From assembly GCA_043228905.1 (NCBI GenBank), contig JBHGNT010000003.1, forward strand, positions 3,968,001-4,032,000: a stretch of DNA of 64,000 nt. The letters run 5' to 3'. Source of the stretch: Azolla caroliniana. Lineage: Eukaryota > Plantae > Polypodiophyta. The notes below the pieces were generated by a model, which was not told the DNA's origin, did not search any database, and saw nothing but the letters and a program-made list of their open reading frames with translations. Both the position numbers and the translations under genes were made by a program. This document shows, one piece after another, positions 13,401 to 25,900 of this stretch; position 1 is the first letter of the stretch, and every line of letters starts with the position of its first letter.

Positions 13401-13624
13401 CTGTAAGTTCCCCCTCCATCCCCTTGTAAGGCCATGGTATCGACGAGGAAGAGGTTCTCAACATTGGCGAGATTAATTACCAGATCATGAGAGGTTGAGA
13501 TGGAGGTTGACATGATGTCGAGTAGAGCTGCTCTCGATTTCTCGACCACTTCTCTGAGCTCATCCAAGGACCAGACCGTGAGGATGAGTTTGTGAGGGGG
13601 TGGGAGGAGGTGAGGATTCTCCAT
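10462..13624 (-). pseudogene. TRN1-like: TORNADO1-like ROCO gene copy A: exon 1 13224-13624 (LRR block deleted, frameshift), GC-AG intron 13125-13223, intact exon 2 10462-13124 (Roc-COR-CC-C-terminal domain)
   Basis: Roc motifs AGKTT, RTQGIEV, WDMAGQQEFHAFH, TRAD, VDAR; COR ILDPNWF, GLFPMIQV; C-terminal VAWLCQKHY. Exon 1 lacks ~800 bp relative to copy C, joined at AGATG, and is 401 nt (phase 2 where phase 1 is needed). Confidence 0.85.
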
Positions 13625-14813
13625 GGAAAGAATGACTGGATCGATTGGTGGAGGGAATGAATGAAAGAAAAGAATGGCATGTGAAGAAGAAGTTACGAAT
13701 GATAAATGTTAGTGTTAGCCAAAGTTTCCATTTAACATAATAATCAAATCATAACATTTATTAAAACGATCATTCACTTGTGGGCGGAGAGTAGTTAAAG
13801 ATAAATATTTAATCTCCTTGTTAGCATGTTGATGAAAAACGCAACTTGAACTATACTTTGAATGTTAAAACCACAAAACAAATTCATTTTCAATGAGTCC
13901 AAAAGGAAGGATTTGATTGGTTTTGCATTGCCATTTTTTGTGGTTTTTGGCATCTTCGTCTTCTCTCACATTGGATTTTTACACCTTACCATAAAGTCAA
14001 AAGTCTTGGGCATGTTTTTAGATTTTTACAATGCAATGCCACGTTTCCTTTTCCATTCCATGACTTCTTATCGGCCTCCAAGGAAATATGGATAAGATCT
14101 TCGCCATCTATAAACATGATGGTGTATTAGAATTAGAATTAGAATTTTTATCGTCCCTAAAGAGGCCAAATTTGACCTTTGGGATCAGACTATACATGTG
14201 TTCTTGATATGTGTCTCCTTCCTAAGAAGAGGTATTCATGCATTGAAGCACAAGTCTCTATGCGTGAATAAATCATACACATATGAGCTCAACCTTCTAG
14301 GTGGTGTCTTAAGAGGATAGAAATGCAAAACAAAATAAAGGGAAAGAGAGAAAAATATACTTATATATTAAAGTATAAATACATACAAACAAATAGATAT
14401 AAAACCACACATATGCACACTTGTGCACTCACATGACATAGGGTCTCGTCCATGGAGGAATACTAAGAGAAATGTTAACTTAATTCCCCAAAAGAAATCG
14501 AGTGTGTAAATCTACAACTATGAACACTCTAACATCAACAACTCGACCAATCCCATCCTCTTTGGTTCAAGTCCCTAGAGGTCCTACTCACATTTCACAT
14601 GCACACATATAATTTTGTGACATCATTCAACTTTTGGTTTGTGTTGTGGCTACCTAGGCTTGTTCCATTGCAATGGTTAAATGATGGTTGTGTAGACAAG
14701 GGTGAGGACATAAATGTTGGGGTTTAGGGTTGGGTCACATGGAAGGTAGTTGGTGGATGTAGCACGCTTTGGGAGCACACTCTAATAAAAATCAGCAGGG
14801 TAAGTTTTTAATA

Positions 14814-15126
14814 GGGAAAAGTATCAGGATACCCTTGGAAGTTCGTCTATTTACCAGAATGCCCCTGGAAGTTCCAAATTTACCAAACTACCCCTATGTC
14901 CAAAAAAATACACTTTATAAAGTAATTATACACTCAAATCTACAAGCCCTATTTACCAGAATACCCTTCAAACACAAATTTCTTTACTTAAGAGATTCTT
15001 TGGGTCCTTTGTACTTATTTTATAAAGTGTATTTTTTTGGACATAGGGGTAGTTTGGTAAATTTGGAAATTCCAGGGGCATTCTGGTAAATAGACGAACT
15101 TCCAGGGGTATCTTGGTACTTTTCCC
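14814..15126. mobile_element. Mutator-like MITE (long TIRs, 9-bp TSD)
   Basis: TIRs of ~110 bp starting GGGAAAAGTA; TSD TTTTTAATA at 14805-14813 and 15127-15135. Confidence 0.92.
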
Positions 15127-15239
15127 TTTTTAATACTATTTGCAGCTATTTTAAAATAAAGTTAATTTACATCAATTTTATTTGTGGTTATTGTGCATAT
15201 ATTGCAACAATAAAATAAAACATTATTGGGTGATTCAAG

Positions 15240-16160
15240 TGTTTATCCTTCAAGCTTCAACATTGTGGAACTACATTTTAAAAATGTTAACTTGCTATCC
15301 AACATATTATGTAATACTAACAAGTTATTATACAATATAGTTTTTGTATTATGGAATCAATAACTTGATTGTCTCTATTATATTGAAATCATATTAGGTA
15401 AACAATAATTGGACTATCTCTTTTATATTGCAATGAAAGACTTTTAGTACATTTTTAGATGTTTATTATTTAAATGTTTAACGGGAGAAACCAAAAAACA
15501 AAGCACATGAACCTTTTATCGAGAGTATGTTTTGCAAGGAAGCACATGTTAATGACACTCCAAAGAATGAGTAAGAGGTTGTTACGAATGCAAATGGGTC
15601 AACATCTTCTTCTAATATACAAAAAAGAAACTGGAGAAACCAATGGAGTTTACTTCATTCATAGGCATATGTCACAAAGTCCTTATTAGGTGATCATAAA
15701 AGCCAATACATGTGGTTTGAAGATGCAAAAAAGGTCAATGCTTTTACGAAATGTGGATCTCAAAGCATGCAAATGTCTTCATTGAATGAACACGCAAAGT
15801 CATACAATCATGTAATAGCAAGTGTCATATATCATGTAAAAATACAATTTAATGAAAATGCAAATGTGAAAGGCCCAATGGATGACAAAATTTCAAAAAT
15901 CACTGTATTTAAAATATGAGAGGTACTTCTATGCATAAAGTTGGTTCATTTTTATGCTTGCAACAATGTTCAATTAGAAAAATTTGCAAAACAATGTAAG
16001 TTACAAAGAGAACTTGCATTATATAGAGTTTTTCATTTTAAAATTTTTGTATGTCAAATCACATGTTAGTTTTGCACTCTTATTTCATATGACTTAGATC
16101 TATAAAAAATGCCTGTAAAAAAACATTAATATTAATCCGTCAAATTTAGGCACTAATTCA
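15240..16160 (+). mobile_element. Decayed hAT-like transposase N-terminal region (TTF-type zinc finger)
   Basis: MWF..AKKVNAFTKCGSQSMQMSSLNEHAKSYNH resembles ZnF_TTF of hAT transposases; many stops. Confidence 0.5.
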
Positions 16161-17929
16161 AACTATGTTTTTTACAACACCATCATCTTTACATATTGAA
16201 GATTAGCATGTTAACTAGGTTAAAATATGAATTTATAAACAATATTTTATGGGAACACCATAAGCATATGATATGATTTATGAAAATAATTTCTTCTTTA
16301 TGAACAATGTGCTTTATCACTTAATGTCTCATTGGTGGCATATCAAGTTAATAGTTTTGAATATGATCAAATGTATGATTTGTTGAAATGTTTTGAATTT
16401 AACATTTCTTAGTGTTATTGTGGTAATGGAATGTTTGAGGTTATGTTATAATGCATATCTTTAGATTGATAGAATGTGAATTGCTTTGATACATCCGCAT
16501 CGTTAAGGAGACTACGGGTTCTACAGGGCATGTACCATTGCAATTACTCAAAATGTGTCTGAAAAGAGCTCTGAAGATTAAGATATCTTATGCTGATTGT
16601 GAGAAACTATAAGCTTAATATTTTGGGAAACTTTTGCCTTCGTTCCACCCTACCTATTTCGCCCCCATAAATGTCAATTATTGGATATTTATTCATCACA
16701 TTTTCTACCCTAAACCCTAAACCCTAAGGAGGGAGGAGACTTGTCAAAAGAGTTATTATTGGGTTCGGTTTTCTACTTTTATAAATATGTCTAATGTTTT
16801 TTAATTTTGTCAAGTTTTTTCTTAGGGGACTGACAAATGTACCCACTTGTGATGAGGTATAAAAGCTAACAAGTTAGGTTCTCTAAATTGTTCTTCTCTT
16901 ATTGGATCTTAACGAAGATGGTGACGAGGTATAAAAGAGTTGCTTGAGAGAGCTTTAAATTGAGAATGAATTGTTTCCATTTGTAGGAATCTTCTACTTG
17001 TGTCATAATACAATATGGTTGGAGGCGGACCAAACTCACAACATGACCTTGGGAAGGCGTAACTCTAGACAAGATAAAGAAAAGTGTGATTTAGACTGTC
17101 ATAGAGTCATAAGAAATGTAGCACAAACGTATTGACCATATCAACCTCAAGAAGTTAATATGAATAATGTTGTCAAGGAAAGCAGTTAGTGAACTACTGA
17201 CTTTTGACAGGAATCCAATGAGCAACATGTGCAAATTGTGAAACAACATTGCTATCCATTCCCATAGAAGAGAACTACAAATTAGGCTAATTAACATATT
17301 CTAAACTACATGGTATGTTGAGTTCGTTGAGAGAGATTTGTCTCGAGTGTTTAACGTAATGTTTTGTACGAGTGAAAGGCTAGTATGTAAATAATAGTTC
17401 TTTTCAGTAATAAATTCTCAAGAGTATGCCATTTAATAAGCATTCAAAATTGTGTAATGCCCAAAACTTAGAATTCATATCAATATTGTGGCCATTTTGT
17501 GGGCCAATTACACACAAGATGATCATGTATATGAGAAGAGGCTAGAAATGTAAAACAAAAAATGGCTTGTTTTATAATTGTAAAATCAAACCCAATATTA
17601 AAATTTGATACTTGTGTAATAAGTTGGCTCATTATAGAGATGTGAAATAGTTGAGGAACACATGACCACATTTCCATAATGGGGTTGCATAAGGCTCTCC
17701 ATCGTCTTCACTCACAATTATTCCAAACACGTCAACGAAATAAAACAATAAATATAGAAAAACAAATACATGAGTGGTTCTATACATATACAATATCTAC
17801 AATGGAGTTACTAGGATGGCCTTTCTTGATGTATTTGATGTGAACACATGGGGTAGGTGGGTCGTCACACATTGCTACTTGCTCAACATCTATATAAACA
17901 AAAAGTTAGCATTGATCGGTTCAAGTTAC

Positions 17930-19278
17930 GATCCTTATGCCCATGTGTGAGATGAATAAAGCTAGATTTGACCCACTAAACAATGAACCAAAAGTTGAAT
18001 TTTGGTGAAGCATATTCGACCGTTGATTGGGGAGCAACTATATCCATTGGTCGCTTTCTAGCTTGAAGCTTATAATTCTAGGGGATAGCAGTGATCTACA
18101 AGAATTGATTAGGATCGATATTAACGTGACACCATAATTATTCGATGTCATGATCTCGTTAAGCATTATAATTCCATATTGGGTCTATGCAAACTCTCTA
18201 TTGTTTTCAATTGACTTACAATATTGGGGTGGCAAAAAAGTAAAAGAACGTGGAGTGCATTGGGGAATGTGAAAAATGACAAATATAAATATATCAATAC
18301 CATTACTAATAATAAGTTCAATGGTCAGCAAAACAACCCAAATTACCTTCAAACTTCCCACCCTAACCTATTAGAAATACCTCCATTATATATGTCAAGA
18401 GCATATTCCACCATTGATCAGGGAACAACTATAACCATGGGTCACTTTCTAGCTCAAAGCTTTTAATTCTTGGAGCTAGTAGTGATGTACAAGAATTGAT
18501 TCGGATCGATATCGACGTGATGCCATAATTATTCGATGTCACGATCTAATTGCACATTATGATTCAATATTGGGTATATCCAAGCTCTCTATTGTCTTCA
18601 CTTGACTTACAAGTTACAATATTGGGGTGGCCAAAAAGTAAAAGAACGTGGAGTGCATTGGGCAATGTGCGAAGTGACAGATATAAATATATCAATACCA
18701 TTACCAATAATAAGTTCAATGCATTGTTGTAAAATACTTAGCATAAATTACGTGTAGAATACATATTCTATAAGTATTCTAACTTTCTTAAAAACATACT
18801 TAGAATATGTATTTTATAGATAAAATATGCTAAATACGTTAAATACTTAGAATACGTGTAAAATACTTGTACGTTAAATACTTCTTAAAATTTAAAGTTT
18901 TTTTTCAAAAACCAATTAAAAATTTAAAAAAGCTAATTTGTTTTTGAAATGATAAATACTTGTTAAATACGTAGAATGTCCCATTTTAGAACACGTAGAA
19001 TACGTCAAATTTTAAAAAATGGCACTTCTAAACCGTACAATACATGTAGAATACTTCAGACTATTCTAAAACATACTCTAAATGTAGAATACGTGTTTTT
19101 TAACAACTATAGTTCAATGGTCACCAAAACTATGAACATTACCTTCATACTTCCCACCCTAATTTATTAAAAGTACCTCCATTGCATATGTCAATATCTA
19201 CCTAGATGTGCTAGATATCAAGGTTTCTTTCTTACACAAGGGCTAATTCATACTCATGAAGAGGCCCTCTAGATATTT
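17930..19278. repeat. Non-coding part of the array unit, internally duplicated (17930-18330 / ~18400-18720) and homologous to ~46900-47430
   Basis: Shared blocks AATAAAGCTAGATTTGACCCACTAAACAA, GTGGAGTGCATT(G/T)GG, CAAGGTTTCTTTCTTACAC. Confidence 0.8.
18722..19111. mobile_element. hAT-type MITE (8-bp TSD)
   Basis: TSD GTTCAATG at 18714-18721 and 19112-19119; imperfect TIRs CAT(T/A)GTTGT(T)AAAA; subterminal TAGAATAC-like repeats; absent from the homologue at ~47270. Confidence 0.8.
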
Positions 19279-19686
19279 ATCCAACATTTTGATGTGTTTA
19301 TGGACAATAGGTCGACAAAAAAAGATGGCTTATGGTGGCCCACAACAAAAAAAGATGCTCATGAATTCTGTCGATAGTGCGATCTGTGTCAACGCATGGG
19401 ACAACCGATTGAGCAAGCTCGGATGCCGCACCAACCCATTCTCCCGTTAGAGCCATTTCAAAAGTGGGAGTTAGATTTTGTGGGACCTTTCAAACCAGCT
19501 GTGGCTCGCACCGGTAACAAATACATAATCGTGGCCATGACTATTGCACAAAATGGGTCGAGTCTAAGGCAATACGAGATAACACGGCTGCATCCACGGC
19601 AAAATTCGTATACAAACATCGATGGTGCCGTTATGGATGCCCAATTGAGCTCATTAGTGACCAAGGCGGGCATTTTATAAACCACA

Positions 19687-20123
19687 TGTTGAGAATCAAG
19701 CTTAACATAGCACAACGTGTGAACACACCTTTTGAGAATCCATGATTACTCAAAAGTCAAGAGTCACACCACTACTCTCTACACATTCTATGACACATAA
19801 CTAATGAGTTACATATTCCCCATGACTATGAGTCTTCACAATCCCCAAGAGAGAGAGAGTGGTTGTGTTAATGAAGAGAGAGGGTGACTCTATATAAAGC
19901 ACCCTCCTCATACTTCATACTAAGTCGGTTGTGACTCCTTGTTATGCTACATTTTGTAAATCTCATTCTACTTGTGAAATATACACCTTCTTCTTGAGTA
20001 TTCTATTTTCCTATCATTTATCTATCTTGAGTTCTCTTTTCTCTCCACTCTTCTTCTCTCACACATATATGCACATAACACACATCTATTCCGCTACACA
20101 AGAATCATACCTGATTCTTTACA
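19687..20123 (+). mobile_element. Solo LTR inserted in the gypsy integrase
   Basis: TGTTG...TTACA ends with perfect TSD CCACA (19682-19686 / 20124-20128). Confidence 0.9.
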
Positions 20124-22987
20124 CCACATAATTCACGAGCTCACTACACACTACGCAGTCGTACATAAGAAAAGTACACTGTACTATCCTCGGGCCATTG
20201 GGATGACAAGCTCCAGAGTGCATTATGGGCGTATTGCACCACATTTAAAACTAGCGTTCAATCTACACCCTTTCAGATGGCCTTTGGTTTGGAAGCAGTC
20301 ATGCCAATCGAGTTCCAAGTGCCGAGTCTCCGAGTTCAAGTTAAGGAAAGGCTACCCGAGGCCCAATCAGAGCAATATCGGTTCGAACAACTCCTCGAAC
20401 TCGGCGAACATCGAGTGGCCAACATGGCTCAACTGGAACAACGTCAACAGCAACGCAAAGCCTTCGTCGATCGTCACCGGAAAGGTACGGAGAAAACACT
20501 TACCATCGGCAAACCAGTACGGGTCTTCCAAACACGATTGGGTGCTATGCCGGGGAAATTACGATTTCGATGGACAAGTCCCTTCTGGATAATTGACGAG
20601 TTTAACGGTACATTCCAACTCGGCACACTTGCCGGAGACATCGTCAAAAGTTGGGTAAATGGATTCCGACTTCGACCGTACCATGGAGATACCCCAGATA
20701 ATCCCTTCGCTGAGTCCCACGACACGAACGACGCCACGAAGGAGGCCACGTGTCCCCGCCGGTAAAATAATGACCTACCCACCAAATGTATATAGTAGGA
20801 ATAGTTTTAGCATTTAAATTAGCCTTACCTAAACTACCTAACAAATCACCCCAAATCACGACATTTTCTTAGGCACACCAACTAGTCACCTTCACCTTAA
20901 AGAAGAATATTTAAGGAACATGCACACCAGACATAACACTCCTGTGACGCATGGCCATAATACCTTATTATGGCAGCCACAACCAAGAATCTAAAGGATC
21001 TTCTCCCTACACAAAACCCTAGGCAGGCACATAAAAGAAACTACCCCACATACAATGCGTCACTCACACAAAAGCGTTCTTGCCTTCACCACCTTCAAGC
21101 TCCCAAACTCTCTCTCGTTCTCATCGCTCCTACAAATAGGCCTCCTCTCGCCCTCGTAGCCCCTGCACAGAACAACGGTGTCCTTCCCCACCATCTTCTT
21201 CCATCTCTCTGTCTCGCCCTCGTCTCATCGCTTCCCCCCATGCTCCTTGTCAGTAAACCTTCGAGTCCACCATGCCTCTCGTAGCATCGCAGGAAACCCG
21301 TTCTTGGCTACAACAACGAGGACTGGGCGGGTACTTACGGGTCATCAATGCCCCATCGCACCCTGACGCCCAAGCAATAGCACGCAAAATCCACCCCGAC
21401 ACAATAACCAACAACATGATTTGCGCTGCTCTGGAGCTTGCATGAGGCGAAGACCATGAGGTCGAAATTCCTCCCCACTCGACCCTCAAGGAATATTTTG
21501 GGATGTATTTGATGTTGGGAAAAGCTTACCGCACTTATGGAGGACCGAACAAGGCTTTTGGGGAGATCGCCCGGATTTTAATGGAATACGTCTTTGTGCA
21601 TACAAATCCCACGAGTATGCCACAGAATAAAGCTGCCATCATCATCAGAGCGTACGAAGGAGACAAAATCAATTGGGGAATCATCACCGGCGAAGGAGTC
21701 CGTGCAACGCTAGAATCTTTTCAATCTAGTAAGCGATTGTTACCTGTGATGAATCATTACCTCACAGTCCTCTACCCACCTCCTTTGTTTTCCCCTCGTT
21801 GCATCCTTACCTCTCCACCACCACCACGGAAACAACGGGAGAAGATTTTGGTTTTAACCTAGGAAGAATGAGAAGACCCCTCGCCTTCTCCACCTCCCTC
21901 ATCAGTGCGGAATCCTACTTCCACCACACCACCACCCCCACAAAAAACACAGAAGCAACGGGCGACCCGTGTCGAATGGGACGAGGCCGAGGAGCCCGTC
22001 ACTGAGGATGTCACCATACGACAGAAGACACCAAGGACATCAATGCCCTCTCCACAACCGAGCCCACGCCCCACAAACTAGCAGCCCTCAGGCATACGAC
22101 AACAAAAGAGGAAACAAGACGAGGAGCTAACACCACAGGCCCCAGACTCACAAGATCAACCGAAAACGAGACGACGCATCAATCACGAGTCGACCATAGA
22201 ACTAGAGGGGACTCAGCATTAGAAATCAAAGGAGGCCAGCCCGACCTCCACGACCATGGTACAAGTAGAGTCATGGCTCTAAGTAGGTAGGATCGACTAT
22301 GGACAAACCACGGAGATATCAGAGGAGGAAGTCCTCAGTTACAATGACCTCCCCGTAGAGGCATACGAGTTCAGTGCACTACTTCAACTAGGCACAACAT
22401 ATGAGTTAATGGATTTCCTCGCGCGCGCCCAAGTAGCTGCTGCTGCTCGTATGGCCAAGGAGCACGCGGAAACAAAGATGATCCAATGTGCTCTAATGGG
22501 AGAAATCGAGTCTCACGAGGATCAGACTTTACAGAAGATAGGGCAGAAGAAGCAAGCACAAAATGCTTCTCTCCTCATGGAGTTACAATATCTGAACACG
22601 ACCTTAGTCGAGGCATATCGAAATCTGCAACTCGGGCAGCCAAGGACATGGCCCAACGTGTCAAAACGACACAACAACAAGCCAAACGGGCCATCGAGCT
22701 ATGGCAAACCACCGAGTAGAAACTGGCGTCATTAGAGCAACAACATCAAGAACAACCTCCCTTAAGCCTCCTTGCCCCGAGTAACGATGTCCCACCAGCC
22801 CCTCTGCTGAACCCGAGCCTGAGTGCTACTGTTATCAAAGCACACGACGACGACACGGCTCAACCTAGGGTAGCCACGGTCGATGCAAGCACAATGATGG
22901 ATTCGTTACAGACAAGCGAGACACCGTCACGGGCAGATAAAAGCCCGCACCCCCAAACCAGCCATGCAAACGCCACCACCACCTATT

Positions 22988-25900
22988 TGTCGAATACATG
23001 TGTATAATGGACGTATTCACACCATCCCGTCTCGGCCATTTATGTAATTAGCATAAAGGGTAGTTGCCCTAAGTCGGTCACTATATATAGTGACCTTGTA
23101 ACCTCTTTGTGAGGTTGGTTGTTGTATTGTTGCTTTATGAAATAAGAAGTACTTTTGTGTCTCTCTCTCTCTCTCTCTGTGCAACGACCTACATTCTGTC
23201 ATACACAGGGAATAAACAGGAATCGAGTGCTTCTCGATCTTCCGCACAGACGACATTGCTTCCAACATCTGGTATCAGAGCCTGCACAGTAGTCGGTCCT
23301 TCAATCCGCTGTCGGCCGTCGTCTCTGCATTCGGTTTCCTGCGTCATTCGAAGAAGAGAGAAGAAGAAGAAAAACAGGTTTGCATCTCATCGCGTTAGAT
23401 CATCTTTGCTTGGAGTAAGCCAGCAGGTTGTACTTCCCTCCTTGTGATCGTAACCGCTCGAGGTGAAATCCCCTTGTGCATCATTGACACGATCGTGCTC
23501 CATTCGGTTAAACGGCATCCGAAGAGGTCTCCAAACGCTGCTCGTTGTAACCACTCGGTGCAGATCGGTCTCAAGACAACAACCCCAATTCGTGCTTCAT
23601 CCGGCTAATTGACATTCGAGAGGATCAGTTGGATCTGTCTCTCTCGTCGCTGCAGCCACCCGAAGCAGAATCGGTTCAGATAATCGGTTTCAATAATCGG
23701 TATTCGGCACATATATCCGAAGCGAACCGGGCTCACTCCGACTCGGCAACATTCGGGAAGACCAGTCGGTTCTGTCCCTCAAGCTACCGGAGTCAATTCG
23801 AGCAAGTTCCGAAGCCGAACCGACTCGGGTTCAAATCCGACTAGAACGATATCGGGTGAGCCAACCGGCTGCACTCCAACAAGGTTCACAGTCAACTCCG
23901 AACCGAGCTTCGTCAACCAAAACCGAATTTGATGGCATCAACATCCGGCTCGTCAGAAATGAGTCTACGCAAGTTCGATGGATCGAACTTCAACTTCTGG
24001 AAGGAACAAATGCAGGACTATCTCATAGTCAAGGGGCAAATCGATCCCATCGAAAATGAAGAACCTCCAGAAGGATACAAACCAATTGAGTGGCAGAAGC
24101 TGGACAGAATCGTCCGCGCCACGATTCGGATGCACCTATCGGAATCGGTATACTTCACGGTGCAATCGTGTACAACAGCATTCGAACTGTGGAAAACACT
24201 GTCGGACACTTACGAAAAGAAGGTCGCCGCAACGAAGATGTTTCTGATCCGGCGCCTCTACAACTTGCGGATGAAAGAATCCGACTCGGTCCAAGCACAC
24301 CTCAATGAGTACGAAAGCATAAGCTCCCAAATCTCGTCACAGGGGACGGCAATCGAGGATGAACTCAGAGCAATGATACTCATGAGCAGCCTTCCCCCAT
24401 CATGGGAAACTTTCGTCACAACCGTGTGCAACGCGTCAACCACGGCTGTTAAATACTCCGAAGTCACGAGCGCAATCCTGACCGAAGCAGCTCGGAGAAA
24501 GTCTTTCGCCAAAGACTCAACAGACGACGCCTACGTAGTACAAGGTTCGACAGACCGATCGAACATACGAGGAAGAGATTCCTCACGACCGCCGAACAAT
24601 CAGCGAAGACGGAGCCAGTCACGGGATAACCGAATCTGCAACTATTGCAAGAAACCCGGACACATCAAAGCCGACTGCCGCGCACTCAAGAACAAGAACA
24701 ACAAGAAGAGTGGCCGGCATGAGGAGATCAATTACGTCAGCTTCTCAGCTGATGTGCTACCAGAAGACCCGAATATACTATCAATCGAAAATCCAGTCGG
24801 CTCAGAAGTTCTGCTCACGACTGAAGAATCGAGCACATGGCTCTTAGATTCGGGCGCGTCATTTCACGTGACTCCTCATCGATCCCAATTTCGGCAATAT
24901 ACGATCCGTCACTCCGACTCAGTTCGGGTCGGCAACTCACAACACTGTGACATCATCGGAATCGGCACAGTAGAGCTCAACCTTGCAGGTGGCTCTACAC
25001 TTGTACTCCACAATGTCCGACATGTACCCGAGCTCTCAAGGCCATTGATCTCAGTCGGACAACTAGATGAAGACGGCATTCGTGCCGGTTTCTCTTCGGG
25101 AGGGTGGACACTCCACAGGGGGAACCTCCTGCTTGCTAGAGGACCCAAGATACACTCACTGTATCCGTTACATGTTACGCTCAGAGAGGGTAACCTGTTT
25201 TTGGTGGATATTCCTGTGTCATCACTATGGCACCGACGATTGGGACACCTCAGCAAGGCCGGCATCACGCATCTATCTAGAGCCGGATACATCCCCAAAC
25301 TCTCCTTCTCCGACCATCAATTCTGCGAGCATTGCCAGTATGGCAAACAAGCCGCCGCATCACACCCGACATCAGCACCAAGAGAAACGAGACCTCTCGA
25401 TTTGGTCCACTCGGACGTCTGCGGCCCAATGCCGCATCAGTCTCTAGGCGGTGCATCTTACTTCGTCACTTTCATTGACGACTCGACTCGAAAGGTGTGG
25501 GCGTATCCAATTCGCACCAAAGATCGTGTCTTCTCGATCTTTTCAGATTGGCTCGCTATGGTGGAAAATCAAACCGACCGAAAGCTGAAATGCTTTTGGA
25601 CAGACAATGGGGGAGAGTTTAAATCCGAAGAATTCGTCAAATTCTGCCGACAACGCGGCATCCGACGTGAACTTACGGCACCACACAGTCCGGAGCAAAA
25701 CGGGATTGCAGAACGAATGAATTGGACAATCCAAGAACGGACAGTTTCCATGCTCCAACACTCCGGACTGTCGGATGGCTTCTGGGCAGAGGCTCTACTC
25801 ACGGCAGTACACATAATCAATATGTCGCCAAGTAGACCTCTAGGACTTCAAATTCCTCAGGAATTATGGATCGGCAGCAAGCCGAATTACGACAAGCTGA

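Noticed and set aside
16707-16727. CCCTAAA telomere-like repeats
   Set aside because: Fewer than three units; common telo-box-type motif.
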